Origin: Octopus sinensis
Lineage: Eukaryota
NCBI RefSeq assembly: GCF_006345805.1
Contig: NC_043019.1
Coordinates: forward strand, 26,783,360-26,847,359
DNA: 64,000 nucleotides
Reading direction: 5' to 3'
In this document: one piece after another, positions 49,553-62,605 of the stretch
Layout: each line of letters starts with the position of its first letter
Numbering within the stretch: the stretch's first letter is position 1
The notes under the pieces: generated by a model
What the model was told of the DNA's origin: nothing
The model's database searches: none
The model's input: the letters and a program-made list of their open reading frames with translations, nothing else
Position numbers and translations under genes: made by a program

Positions 49553-49600
49553 TTTGTCAAAATATTTTCATCGCTTTGAGACTGCAATCTGTTCACTTAC
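49553..49600 (-). ncRNA. Second copy of the G3:C8 hammerhead-like fold
   Basis: GUAA-GUGAACA-G-AUUGC-agucucaaa-GCGAU-GAA-AAUAUU-U-UGACAAA; stem II fully pairs, stem I is damaged at a fold-back junction. Confidence 0.5.
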
Positions 49601-50433
49601 CGATAAATTAAATTTAAATGTTAAAGTGAATCTAACAGATTTTGAGTGTTTCATAAATGTTTTATAAACACCTTCCACGCTGCAATTGTTTATATATTTA
49701 TATTATATATTATATATATATATATATGGAGGTATGTATGTATATAGAGGTATATGCATGTAAGTATGAGCACACATACACATAATATATATATATATAT
49801 ATATAGAGGTATGTATGTAACTATAGAGGTATATGCAAGTAAGTGTATGCACATATGTATGTATATATACACACACACACACATATATATATATGTATAT
49901 AGAGGCATATGCAGGTAAGTGTATGCACACACACACACATATATATATATGTATGTATGTACGTATGTATATGAGTAACCAAGTCCTGATAGCCTACAGA
50001 ATGATGATATGATAATAAAAAGTAAAATTAGTCAGAAGTTATGGAGTTATCATCTCTTAGTTTATTTATACACAGATATTAAAAAATGTCTGAATTTTCT
50101 GAGTGAAATTAAATGAAATACTGCCTAAATCCATTTCTCTAGTCTCCTTGTGTTGTGTCTAATGCAGAAGAGCCAGTATTTTTTATCATCTCTGATTAAA
50201 GGGAGTGATCTCATTATTTATTATAATTAGCTGAAATGCTGATTGTCGATGACAAGTTTAAAGTTAATGGATTTGAATAACAGAAATTCTTATATTAGAA
50301 ACAGAGATCAGCTCTACGACATTAGACACAGCATGAAAAAACAAAAAAAAAGGAAACGGATAAAAGGAGTTAACCCTCTAACATTTAAACCAGCCACATC
50401 TAGCCTCTCACACCAGCCCTGCAATGTCATTCT

Positions 50434-50840
50434 AGGAGTGGCTGTGTGGTAAGTAGCTTGCTAACCAACCACATGGTTCCGGGTTCAGTCCAACTGCGTG
50501 GCATCTTGGGCAAGTGTCTTCTGCTATAGCCCCAGGCTGACCAAAGCCTTGTGAGTGGATTTGGTAGACGGAAACTGAAAGAAGCCTGTCGTATATATGT
50601 ATATTATGTATATATATATATGTATGTGTGTGTGTGTTTGTGTGTCTGTGTTTGTCTCCCTAGCATTGCTTGACAACCGATGCTGGTGTGTTTACATCCC
50701 CATCACTTAGCGGTTCGGCAAAAGAGACCGATAGAATAAGTACTGGGCTTACAAAGAATAAGTCCCGGGGTCGATTTGCTCGACTAAAGGCGGTGCTCCA
50801 GCATGGCCGCAGTCAAATGAGTGAAACAAGTAAAAGAGTA
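50434..50840 (+). mobile_element. SINE family A
   Basis: Full copy, directly followed by the RTE fragment. Confidence 0.85.
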
Positions 50841-50845
50841 AGGCA

Positions 50846-51092
50846 GGAAAGGTAGGAGAGTTCAGTTTGCTGGACATTGTTGTAGAGCTGAAAAAGAAGT
50901 AATTTCTACTCTTCTCCTCTGGAAGCCATCTACTCGCAATACCAGAGGGCGCACACTCTCCTACCCTGATGTAATCTCCAGGGATACAGGCATCCAGCAA
51001 CAGGACCTCCGTAATGCCATGATGGACCGTGAAGTCTGGCGTAGCATGGTAAATTCCATTGTCTCGACCACGGTCGAACAATGATGATGATG
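50846..51092 (+). mobile_element. RTE LINE 3' fragment
   Basis: KGRRVQFAGHCCRAEKEVISTLLLWKPSTRNTRGRTLSYPDVISRDTGIQQQDLRNAMMDREVWRSMVNSIVSTTVEQ*; (GAT)n tail. Confidence 0.85.
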
Positions 51093-51614
51093 AAGAGTAA
51101 CCGCACCATTGAAACCTTTGAGGTACAAGATAATGTATGATAACTGCAAATTAATGTGGATAAGGGTGGACGTTAAATGAACGATGATGATACGTTTGAA
51201 TGTAATTTGAATGCCGAAGAGTTAAACAGTATTTCATTTACATTGTCTCAAAAAAAAAAAAAACTATAGTAAATTTATATCTGCATACAAATGAAAAAGA
51301 ACAATGATAGCTTCATTAATTCTAATACAATTTTTGCTTGTGGATAGATAGATATATAAATACACATACACACATATTTATATATATACACGCTAATATT
51401 GAACAGTGAGAATAAGTGCTCAACACAAGGCTACCAATGGTTTCATGCGGAGAGAGAAATCTCTCCACAATTATCAAACTTTCCACATGGAATGTTGGTA
51501 TTCATGGCCACCTTGGATGGAAATGTGACAAGGACCAACATTCCATGTGGAAGGCTTGACAAATGTTGAGAGATTTCTCCCTGCATGAAACCAACAGTAG
51601 CTTTATTAAGCCAC

Positions 51615-51621
51615 ATATAAA

Positions 51622-51664
<43 letters not shown>

Positions 51665-51825
51665 TATATACATATTTACATACACACACACATATATACA
51701 CACACACACATATATATACACACATATATATTACAAAAAAGGCTGAAATTGATTTTTTATACTCATACATGTTTGTGTATATGAATATGTGTCTGCATGC
51801 GTGTGTGTATATATATATGTGTATA

Positions 51826-51865
<40 letters not shown>

Positions 51866-52150
51866 CACAAATATATATTGATGCAAATCCATATATACAT
51901 ATACACATATATCTATTATATATACATACACACACACACACATATATATATTATATACATACACACACACACACACACATTTATATACATGCATACCTAC
52001 AGAGATGCTAATTTTTGGCTTGTAAGAATAAAAACAACAGTCACAGATGGTAGGACTCAATACTCAAAAGTAGAGGCATATTTATTATAAAATTCAATTT
52101 TGAGTTTTCATGTTTCATTGAAATTTGATGTCCCACCGAATTATATTTTA

Positions 52151-52189
<39 letters not shown>

Positions 52190-52221
52190 CACACACACAC
52201 ACACATATATACATACATGTG

Positions 52222-52294
<73 letters not shown>

Positions 52295-52592
52295 ATATAT
52301 ATATACACACACACACACCACACACATATATATATATATATATATATAACACAAGCTTACACATGTACACACACATACATGAATATATGTTTATACATAT
52401 ATATCACATCACCATCTTTTAATGTCTGTTTTCTGTGCTGGCATGGGTTGGACGGTTCAACTAGAGATGGCAAGCTAGGGAGCTACACCAGGTTCCTGTC
52501 TCATTTGACTTGGTTTCTACAGCTGGATGCCCTTCCTTATGCCAACCACTTCACAGAGTATGTTTGGTGCTTCTACGTCTATATATATGTAT

Positions 52593-52624
<32 letters not shown>

Positions 52625-52663
52625 ATATATATATATAATATATATTATATATATGTATATATG

Positions 52664-52696
<33 letters not shown>

Positions 52697-52697
52697 G

Positions 52698-52737
<40 letters not shown>

Positions 52738-52832
52738 TATATATATTTATACACACACTCACATACATACACAGTTAATGAAAATTTAGTAAGAATGGAT
52801 TGTTTACATTAATATCACTGCATACAAATATA

Positions 52833-52901
<69 letters not shown>

Positions 52902-52935
52902 TATATGTATATATATATATATGTATATATATATG

Positions 52936-52997
<62 letters not shown>

Positions 52998-53451
52998 CAA
53001 GCATATATGCATACATACATTTGTTTATCTTAAACAAGCTTAGAAATAGTAACCTTAAGTTCATATCACACATACATACATACACACACACTCACATACA
53101 TATGCATAGATTTATTTTATAAACACATATACATATACACACATGTATATGTATACATAAGTGTAGACACACATACACACACACACACGAGGAACTGTAT
53201 AGCTGGCCAGCTTGGTGAACTGTAACGAAACTGACAATTCAAAGCAATCATCATCATCCTCATCATCACAGAATTAAACAAAAGTGAAGTGAACAGTTAT
53301 CATGTATCCTTAAATGGTAAATATGAATCTCTGATGATGCCACTGTCTCTGTTTCAAAAAGCAATTCACCAAAACAGGCTACTACCAAACAAATGAGCTC
53401 ATGCTAAAATAAATACAAACACATACACACACACACACATATATATCTATC

Positions 53452-53510
<59 letters not shown>

Positions 53511-53964
53511 GTTTTAGATCCATTTTAGCTGAACTTACCAATTTGTTTCACACTGGTTATTAGATAACAGGTCAGTCAGTTAGCTAATGCCACATGCTCT
53601 TCAGAGGTGGTAAGTGCACGTGCCAACTCAGAGGAGCACATGATATTACATAACACCACTTCTATGGATATTCTCTAATACTGTATGCTTTGATTGATAC
53701 ATCCACTATTGACAAACACATGAGTGCATATTTCTCATACAACTATATATATATATATATGTCTGTCTGTGTGTGTATATGTATGTATGTATATATATAT
53801 GATATATACATGTATATATATATGATATATACATGTATATATATATAATATATATACACACACATATATATATATGTGTGTGTGTATATATATGTATATA
53901 TATATATACATATATACATACATATATATATACATAAATATATGTATATATATATATGTATATA

Positions 53965-53995
<31 letters not shown>

Positions 53996-54031
53996 ACATA
54001 AATATATGTATATATATATATGTATATATAC

Positions 54032-54075
<44 letters not shown>

Positions 54076-54170
54076 CATGTGTGTATGTGTGTATAGTTAT
54101 ATACATATACATGTGTGTTTGTGTGCAAGTGTGTGTACGCGTGTGTGTGTGTGTGTGTGTGTGTGTATGA
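51615..54170. repeat. Cluster of (TA)n and (CA)n blocks
   Basis: Directly visible, interrupted by short unique or SINE segments. Confidence 0.85.
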
Positions 54171-54181
54171 TATGCATAAAA

Positions 54182-54807
54182 TTAAGCGCGTGGCATTGTA
54201 GATGCTGGAATAGAAGGTGAAGAAGGGGATGAGGAGCTGAAATCCATGTCAACATCTGAGTGAAGTGCAGTCGCCGTCGTAGCAGCACCAGCAGCAGTGG
54301 TGTTGCTAATTGATGTTAATGATAACGAGGACAAAGCTGAAGCTGTAGATGTTGCAGCATGGTCGCCCGTCGTCAAAGAGCCGTCACTTGCTGCAGTCAT
54401 TGACACCGTCGAATGCTGCTGCTGCTGCTGCTGCTGACTGTAGTCATATGGCGATTTGTGGTTTCTCGGTCGACGCCCCTTCTTGTTCTGTTTCTGTGAA
54501 TTGCTCTGCGACCTTCCCGCCTGACCGCTTCCGTCTTGATGTGATTTCTTGCCAGACCGTTGGTGCCGAGTGTAATGGTTGTTGGTGGCGCCAGTGGAGC
54601 TATTGTTGTTTCCAGTCTGCAGGAACAGCTGTGTGACGGTACCCACAGCTTTCGTACGGCCCTCGCGAAACACCATCTTCATGTCGGTGCGCAGGTACTC
54701 GGGGTTCTTTATGAAGCGGAACCGAACGAGGGCCTTGTCACCCGTGCGCAGCGTTTCCTGAGACATGGAGATTATAGATGCTGTCTGACGTACACTGCCA
54801 ACATGGA
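54182..54807 (-). CDS. GTPBP1: GTPBP1 last coding exon (domain III plus low-complexity tail)
   Basis: tttgcag acceptor; [61 protein letters not shown], then a basic/polyQ/Ser-rich tail ending in TAA at 54184-54182. Confidence 0.95.
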
Positions 54808-55062
54808 CTGCAAAGAAAAAGAAAAAAAAAAACAAAGACAAAAATATTAAATGATGAAATATTTGAGATGAGTTATCTATGATAATAAAGCAAAATTCTG
54901 TCTGTGCGTCTGGGACCCCTGAATCTCAGTCTACATTTTGCTCTAAGTAGACATACAGATTTTTGGAATCAGGATGATTCCAGGATTGAAAATCTGCCCT
55001 TCAATGGGTTCTTGAACATCCAGCATTGGGATCAGGTCTAGATGAGGATTTCTTATATGCTA

Positions 55063-55426
55063 ACCTTTTCAAACTCCACCCATCTAACACCCGTGGACAT
55101 ATTTACAAAGTAAGAAAACAGCACAGCTCCCATGACTTCAGAAAACATTTTTTCACGCTGAGAGTTGCTGAAGCATGGAACAAACTGCCGGCATCAGTTG
55201 TTAGTTGTCGGAGCACTGCATCCTTCAAAACTTCCATGCTTCCTGAGATTCGCCAACACTACACTTGATTTTCTCCCCTCCATACACACACAAGCATGTA
55301 TCTGACTCATACATTGTTCGCTTTCCAGACATTTCTACATTACTGCATGTACTTTATATGCACTTTCTGACAAGTTGTGGTGCACCTGAGCACTGTATAC
55401 AATAATTTCATTATTATTTTTTATTA
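55063..55426 (+). mobile_element. CR1-like LINE 3' fragment in a GTPBP1 intron
   Basis: LFKLHPSNTRGHIYKVRKQHSSHDFRKHFFTLRVAEAWNKLPASVVSCRSTASFK; ATT tail. Confidence 0.8.
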
Positions 55427-56197
55427 TAACAGTAGAAAATTCAAATTTTAAAAGAACTCCAAAAATTTGTGAAGTTTTTCCTTTAAACTGAATTTAAAGT
55501 AATACCATATTGGCAGGGGATCAACAAATGCTTTATTGTTATTGCTCTCATTAGTTTGGGGCTTCAGGCCCAATTAGCCGTCCATAGGAGCTAGCTTAAA
55601 AGTTTGCACAGAGTGTGGCTTTTAAGCCATGTTCTTGGTATGATGTTAAACCACAGTAAATAACAAGGCCTTGGTTTGGGAATTTTAAGGTTTTCAGGAC
55701 CTTGAATAATTGTACCTGTCAGGTACAATGTTAATTCACATGTAAATAAAGATGAGTTGTGAACATGGTGGCACGTAAAAAGCACCATTTGAGTGTGATC
55801 ATTGCCAGCATCGCCTTACTGGCACATGTCCCGGTGGAAAGTGGAAAACAACATTCGAGCACAGTCGTTGCCAGCGTCGCCGGACTGGCTCCCATGCAGG
55901 TGGCATGTAAAAAACACCTTTTGAGCATGGTCATTGCCAGTACCACCTGATGGGCCCTCGTGCCGGTAGCATGTAAAAAATACCCACTATGGTTGGCGTT
56001 AGGAAAGGCGTCCTGCTGTAGAAACTTTGCCAGATCAGATTGGAGCCTGGTGCAGCCTTCTGGCTCGCCAGACCTCAGTCAAACCGTCCAAACCATGCCA
56101 GCATGGAAAACAGATGTTAAAAAAGAGAAAGAAGAAGATTACATGTCACTGCATTACACACTCATTAAACAGCACTGAATACCTATACTAACAAACT

Positions 56198-56581
56198 GTG
56201 GAGGCGCAATGGCCCAGTGGTTAGGGCAGCGGACTCGCGGTCATAGGATCGCGGTTTCGATTCCCAGACCGGGTGTTGTGAGTGTTTATTGAGCGAAAAC
56301 ACCTAAAGCTCCACGAGCCTCCGGCAGGGATGGTGGTGATCCCTGCTGTACTCTTTCACCACAACTTTCTCTCACTCTTACTTCCTGTTTCTGTTGTACC
56401 TGTATTTCAAAGGGCCGGCCTTGTCACTCTCTGTGTCACGCTGAATATCGCCGAGAACTACGTTAAGGGTACACGTGTCTGTGGAGTGCTCAGCCACTTA
56501 CATGTTAATGTCACGAGCAGGCTGTTCCGTTGATCGGATCAACCGGAACCCTCGTCGTCGTAACCGACGGAGTGCTTCCCC
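56198..56581 (+). mobile_element. tRNA-derived SINE family C with 12-bp TSD
   Basis: A-box TGGCCCAGTGG, B-box GGTTTCGATTCC; TSD ATACTAACAAAC at 56185-56196 and 56582-56593. Confidence 0.9.
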
Positions 56582-56656
56582 ATACTAACAAACACACAGA
56601 CATGTACATACAATCATACCTACACACACACACATGTACAAATATTAGTTCCTTAC

Positions 56657-56792
56657 CCATGGCCTGGTATCTGACGCTGATTGTGGTAGGGTGGTGCAAG
56701 ACAAGAATTTCACCTTGAAACTCCCAGCATGCTTTTGGTTCACGTTTTGGTGACACCATAACCATACCTTTACGTATAGAAGACCTTTTAAT
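56657..56792 (-). CDS. GTPBP1: GTPBP1 coding exon (domain II/III)
   Basis: caccag and G|gtaag; 136 nt; [45 protein letters not shown]. Confidence 0.97.
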
Positions 56793-56962
56793 CTGGTGAA
56801 CAGAAAAACGAAATCAATATAACAGATTAGCATGCATTTGAATAAGAACATATATATATATAAATATATCTTAATTTTATAAACCTAAAAGGATGAAAGG
56901 CAAAGTCAACCTCAGTGGAATTTGAACTCGGAATGTAAAGACAGACAAAATACTAGTACCGC

Positions 56963-57263
56963 ATTGACTGGCCTCCGTGCTGTGGGCACGTAAAAAACAC
57001 CATCCGAGCGTGGCCATTCGCCAGCCTCGTCTGGCACCTGTGTCCGTGGCACATAAAAAAAACACCATCCGAGCGTGGCCGTTCGCCAGCCTCGTCTGGC
57101 ACCTGTGTCGGTGGCACATAAAAAGCACGGAGTGGTTGGCATTAGGAAGGGCATCCAGCTGTAGAAACACTGCCAGATCTGACTGGCCTGGTGCAGCCTT
57201 CGGGCTTCCCAGACCCCAGTTGCGCCGTCCAACCCATGCTAGCATGGAAAGCGGACGTTAAAC

Positions 57264-57293
<30 letters not shown>
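56963..57293 (+). mobile_element. Retroposon family D (60-65-nt internal units, (GAT)n tail)
   Basis: Units GTGGCACRTAAAAAGCACCAT.., then GGAAGGGCATCCAGCTGTAGAAAC..GGACGTTAAACGATGATG; copies at 1-110, 12130-12410, 14390-14812, 29066-29205, 39010-39190, 55752-56120, 61252-61546, 62615-63030, 63293-63604. Confidence 0.75.
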
Positions 57294-57296
<3 letters not shown>

Positions 57297-57809
57297 GCCT
57301 AGCATACTAATGGTTCTGCCAGCTCAACACCATAATAAATAATAATAATAATAATAATCTTTTCTACTATAGGCACAAGGCCTGAAATTTGGGAGAGGGA
57401 ACTAGTTTATAACATTGACCCCAGTGTTTCACTGGTACTTACTTTATAGGCCCTGAAAGAATGAAAGGTAAAAAGTTGACTTTGGTGGAATTTGAACTCA
57501 AACCATAAAAACGAATGGAATATTACTAAATATTTCGCCCGGAGTGCTAACCATTCTGCCAGCTCACCTCCTTAATAATAATAATAATAATGATAATGGT
57601 TCAAATTTTGTCACAAGGGCAGCCATTTTTGGGGTAGGGATAAGTCGATTACATCGACCCTAGTGTTTCACTGGTACTAAATTTATCGACCCTGAAAGGA
57701 TGAAAGGCAAAGTCGACCTTGACAGAATTTGAACTCAGAATGTATCGGTAGACAAAATACCACTGAGCATTTCGCCTGGCGTGCTAACGATTCTGCCAGC
57801 TCACCACCT

Positions 57810-57841
<32 letters not shown>

Positions 57842-58136
57842 AAAGTAGTAGTAGTAATAATAATAATAATCCTTTCTACTGAAAGCACAAGGCTTGAAAT
57901 CTTGTGGGAGGGGACTGGTTGATTACATTGACCCCAATGTTTCCCTGGTACTCAAAATATCGACCCCCAAAAGGATGAAAGGTAAAGTCGACCTCAGTGG
58001 AATTTGAACTCAGAACACAAAGACAGGTGAAATGCTGCTAAGCATTTTTCCTGCCGTGCTAACGGTTCTGCTGTCTTACCACCTTAATAACAATAAACAA
58101 TAACAACAAACACAACAACAACAACTGCTGACTGAC

Positions 58137-58319
58137 CTTCTTCAGGGCAAACGATGCTGTCTGACCACCTCGGACCTCTTTGACCGGCATGCGCTTGCGA
58201 TGTATACTTTTGATGACAATACTCTGGAACTGTCCGAGGGAATCTGGCCCCAACAAGATGGTGTCATTGAGTTTGATGAGTCCCCTCAGTAAGGTACCAG
58301 ATACAACAGTGCCAACTCC
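58137..58319 (-). CDS. GTPBP1: GTPBP1 coding exon (domain II)
   Basis: tttatag and AAG|gtcag; 183 nt; [61 protein letters not shown]. Confidence 0.97.
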
Positions 58320-58392
58320 CTATAAAAGAGACAGGGTTAGATTTCTGTTAGGGAGGTGATGGTAATGTGGCATAAAGGTGTGTGTGGACATA

Positions 58393-58925
58393 AGTGGAAA
58401 GAATTGGGGGACGAGAGAGAGAGAGAGAGAGAGACAAAGCGAGGGAAGGATTGAAGAAGGGAATTTAATAAAGGAGAGAGAGAGAGAGAGAAAGCGAGAG
58501 AGAAATGGAGAAACAGAAATGAAGAGAGAGAGAGAGGTGGAGAGATATACAAAAAAATTGAGTGGAACCATGAAAGGAAGAGAGAGAAAATGAGAGAGGG
58601 GGAGAGAGAAAATGAAAGTGAAAGAGAAAAAGGAGAGAGAGAGAATGAAAGAGAAATAGGAGAGGGAGAGAATGAAAGAGAAATAGGAGAGGGAGAGAAT
58701 GAAAGAGAAAGAGAAAAAGGAGAGGGAGAGAGAGAGAGAGAGAATGAAAGAGAAAGAGAAAAAGGAGAGAGAGAAAGATAGAGAATGAAAGAGAAAGAGA
58801 AAAAGGAGAGAGAGAGAGAATGAGTGAGAAAGAGAGAGAGAGTAAGAAAGAGGGAAATACACAAAGAAAACAGAGTGAAAATATGAAAGGAGAGAGAGAG
58901 AGGTACAGAGATAAAGAGGGTGAGG
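58393..58925. repeat. Polypurine (GA-rich) tract filling a GTPBP1 intron
   Basis: Almost purely A/G on +, with recurring GAATGAAAGAGAAA units. Confidence 0.9.
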
Positions 58926-58973
58926 CTAAGAAAGGGTGAGATAAAGAAAGCCAAGAAAAAGAGTAGAACTTAC

Positions 58974-59118
58974 AGGTACAGAGAATGTATCATCAATTTG
59001 AAATTCAGCTGGCTGTGTTACATCATATTTGTGTCGTGTGGACAACAGGTTGAGAAACATTTTGAGTAAGCCAAGGTTTTCACCAGTCACATTAGAAACT
59101 TGGAATATTGGACACATT
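58974..59118 (-). CDS. GTPBP1: GTPBP1 coding exon (end of G domain); upstream exons lie beyond the window
   Basis: tttcaaag and CCT|gtaag; 145 nt; (R)[48 protein letters not shown], like human [26 protein letters not shown]. Confidence 0.96.
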
Positions 59119-59159
59119 CTTTGAAACCACACATGGAAATATAACAGAAAGAACACATT

Positions 59160-59572
59160 AGCCTATTTCGTTACTACCCACAAGGGGCCAAACACAGAGA
59201 GGACAAACAAGGACAGACAAACGGATTAAGTCGATTACATCGACCCCAGTGCGTAACTGGTACTTAATTTATCGACCCCGAAAGGATGAAAGGCAAAGTC
59301 GACCTCGGCGGAATTTGAACTCAGAACCTAACCGCAGACGAAAAACCAATTTCTTTATTACCCACAAGGGGCTAAACATAGAGGGGACAAACAAGGACAG
59401 ACAAACGGATTAAGTCGATTACATCGACCCCAGTGCGTAACTGGTACTTAATTTATCGACCCCAAAAGGATGAAAGGCAAAGTCGACCTCGGCGGAATTT
59501 GAACTCAGAACCTAGCCGCAGACGAAATACCATTAAACATTTCGCCCGGCGTGCTAACGTTTCTGCCAGCTT
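59160..59572 (-). mobile_element. SINE family B partial dimer
   Basis: Same junction as 48535-48927. Confidence 0.8.
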
Positions 59573-60003
59573 TTAGCATTTAAACTGGCCATATCCGGCC
59601 AAAAGTATTCTGCCTGTTTTATGTTCAAACTGGCCAGATCTGGTCTCTCACACCAACCCTACAATATCGTTTTAAAAATTAACAGCTACCTCATCAAAAT
59701 CTCATAGCTACAAGATAATGCATGATTAGTTCAAAACAATGTGGATAAAAAATGATTAATTTTGGCAGAATAATGCAAACACTAAAGGGTTAAACGTCTG
59801 TATTTATGTGTACAAATAAAATGTCTCCCTTTTTCTTTCTCTCTTTCGTTGTATATACATGGTGCAGATGGTATTTGAGGGCAGATTTATAGTTTTGAAA
59901 AAACGCTTATATAATTGCAGAAAAAAATCTGTATTTTAATAAAAATAACATAAACATAAAGATAGATTATCAATTTAATAATTTCATTCAATAAAACCAC
60001 CAT

Positions 60004-60169
60004 AGGCGCAGGAGTGGCTGTGTGGTAAGTAGCTTGCTAACCAGCCACATGGTTCCGGGTTCAGTCCCACTGCGTGGCATCTTGGGCAAGTGTCTTCTGC
60101 TATAGCCCCAGGCCGACCAAAGCCTTGTGAGTGGATTTGGTAGACAGAAACTGAAAGAAGCCTGTCGTA

Positions 60170-60210
<41 letters not shown>

Positions 60211-60432
60211 ATGTGTGTGTGTTTGTGTGTCTGTGTTTGTCCCCCCTAGCATTGCTTGACAACCGATGCTGGTGTGTTTACGTCCCCGTCACTTAGCGGT
60301 TCAGCAAAAGAGACTGATAGAATAAGTACTGGGCTTACAAAGAATAAGTCCCGGAGTTGATTTGCTCGACTGAAGGTGGTGCTCCAGCATGGCCGCAGTC
60401 AAACGACTGAAACAAGTAAAAGAGTAAAGAGT
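60004..60432 (+). mobile_element. SINE family A
   Basis: Full copy, very similar to 3965-4385. Confidence 0.85.
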
Positions 60433-60576
60433 ATAAGCATCGCTAACTGTCTCTACGCAGGGTCGAAATCATTTACCATGGAGGAATCGACGTAAGCTTA
60501 AACAATAAACTGTGATAGGTGAACTGTGATATGGTGAGGGTTTACTGTATTTCACTTTTATTTTATTTTATTCATT

Positions 60577-60977
60577 ACTAGCAGTATCGCCCGGCATTGC
60601 TCGGGTTTGTAAGGGAAATAACTATATAAGCATTTTTAGAGAGTTATAGCCAAAAAATAGCAAAAAAATGCATTAAAAATGGAAAAAAAATTATGGTAAA
60701 TTTTTTTAAAAATTGTTGACTCATCGTAGACATTTTTAGAGAGTTACTTCCCTTATATAATAGCGAAAAAATGCATTAAAATGGGAAAAAAATTATGGTA
60801 AATTTTTTTTTAAATCGTAGACTCATCATAGACGCGTGCTAATACCCAGAAGGGCTCGATATGAATCACAACTATAAGATACCCGGTTTTGGTTAAACTG
60901 CACCGCAAAATGTGGGAGTAGTTAAAAATCTAAATCGTAGGAGACAGACACACAACTTGACTTTTATATATAAAGAT
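60577..60977 (+). mobile_element. Helitron/DINE-like non-autonomous element
   Basis: Starts ACTAGC..GCCCGGCATTGCTCGGG and ends acacacaacttgacttttatatataaagat; related ends at about 41398 (-) and about 44765. Confidence 0.45.
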
Positions 60978-62539
60978 GTAATTTTACTCTTATATACTAT
61001 AACTCATTATTCATGATTATTATTATTATTAATATTGAAATAAAAATAAAAGTAATAATTTTAATGCATGCATGCACCCCCCTCCCACACACACATAATA
61101 AACATGATTATATATTCTGATTATATTGGAGTATTCCCACAGATCATAATGTAATCCTTGTATTGTCCTTTTGTACACCCTGATGATTTTCCACTCAAGC
61201 TATTTCAAATGTCAAATTATATATTTATATAATTTATTATATTTATATATCACCATTTGAGCGTGATCGTTACCAATGTCGCCTTACTGGCACCTGTGCT
61301 GGTGGCATGTGTAAAAGGATTCGAGCGAGGTCGTTGCCAGTACCACCTGACTGGCCCCCGTGCCAGTGGCACGTAAAAAGCACCCACTACACTCTTGGAG
61401 TGGTTGGCGTTAGGAAGGGCATCCAGCTGTAGAAACTCTGCCAAATCAAGATTAGTGCCTGGTGCAGCCATCTGGTTCGCCAGTCCTCAGTCAAAATCGT
61501 CCAACCAATGCTAGCATGGAAAGCGGATGTTAGACGATGATGATGATATTTTGTAGTTTAAATAGGATGTGAAATGAAACAATTGTAGGTGAAGATATTA
61601 ATTAATTAATAAATTAATTCGTATCCATTAGATCTCTCTGTTTTCAAACTTAATAACATTTGATATTTTATGATATATATATATATATAATAAAAATAAG
61701 ATAAGGTAGAGAATGCTAGAATAATTTTATCATGAAGTACATTTTAGTACCGGTTTTTGGCTTTTAGACTTTTTCAACTAAGTATAAAATAAAAAAAAAA
61801 CAATTGAATTGGAGAAAAAAGTTAAGTGAAATGTTTTATAGATATTTCCATAGTCTTTAAATAGTCTGTCTGTCTCTATACCTTTGTGTATGCCTCGTAG
61901 GTGAGTAGTAGCAAATCTGAAGGAATAGTTTGGGTACTGAGAATTGAAGGTTTAAGCAAAAGCAGCTAAGGGAGGAGAAGAAGGCGGCAGAGGAGGAGGA
62001 GATGAAGGAGAAAGAGAAGTAGGAGTAGGGAAAGAAGAAGAAGAAGAAGGAGAAAGAAAAGAAAAATACAGGAGTGCTGTGACATAGTAAATTGTTCGTG
62101 GAGCCTTCTTTAATGCTCAAATGACCTAAAAGAGACCTGTTGTGGTTGTAGCAGTAGTGATTAGAATTGTTCTAAATTGTTGTAGTAGTTTCATTTGTGA
62201 TGGGATTCAAAATAGGTTTCTATTTTGTGATCAATTAAAAGGTGACAGTTGCAAAAAAATCCAGTAGCAAGCAATGATGTCTCAATAAAACCACACAATC
62301 AAGTGCTCAAGTGGTTTCACTTGAGTCGAATTGGTTTAAGTGGCCCCAACAGTCAAAGGTACTTGTGCCAACATGCCTTATATGCACAGAGATATGCATA
62401 TATACATGCATCTCACACAAGTGCTGCAATCTGATAAGTATATATGCACGGTAATACACACACAAACATATAGGGCAGTTCTGAAAATTCCCAGCTTCAA
62501 GGTTATTGCGAAAGACCTGGTTGGAGGCCCAACCTTCTG

Positions 62540-62605
62540 AGTTCTTTTACAAGGTTTAGAAAAACTGAAGGACCACTGCAATAAGTGTGTAAATCTGAGA
62601 GAGGA
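62540..62605 (+). mobile_element. Mariner transposase C-terminal remnant
   Basis: LQGLEKLKDHCNKCVNLRE resembles the mariner W..C+...G.Y terminus. Confidence 0.35.

Noticed and set aside
56963-57125. CRISPR-like look of the 60-65-nt repeated units
   Set aside because: No unique spacers, eukaryotic context, and part of a retroposon.
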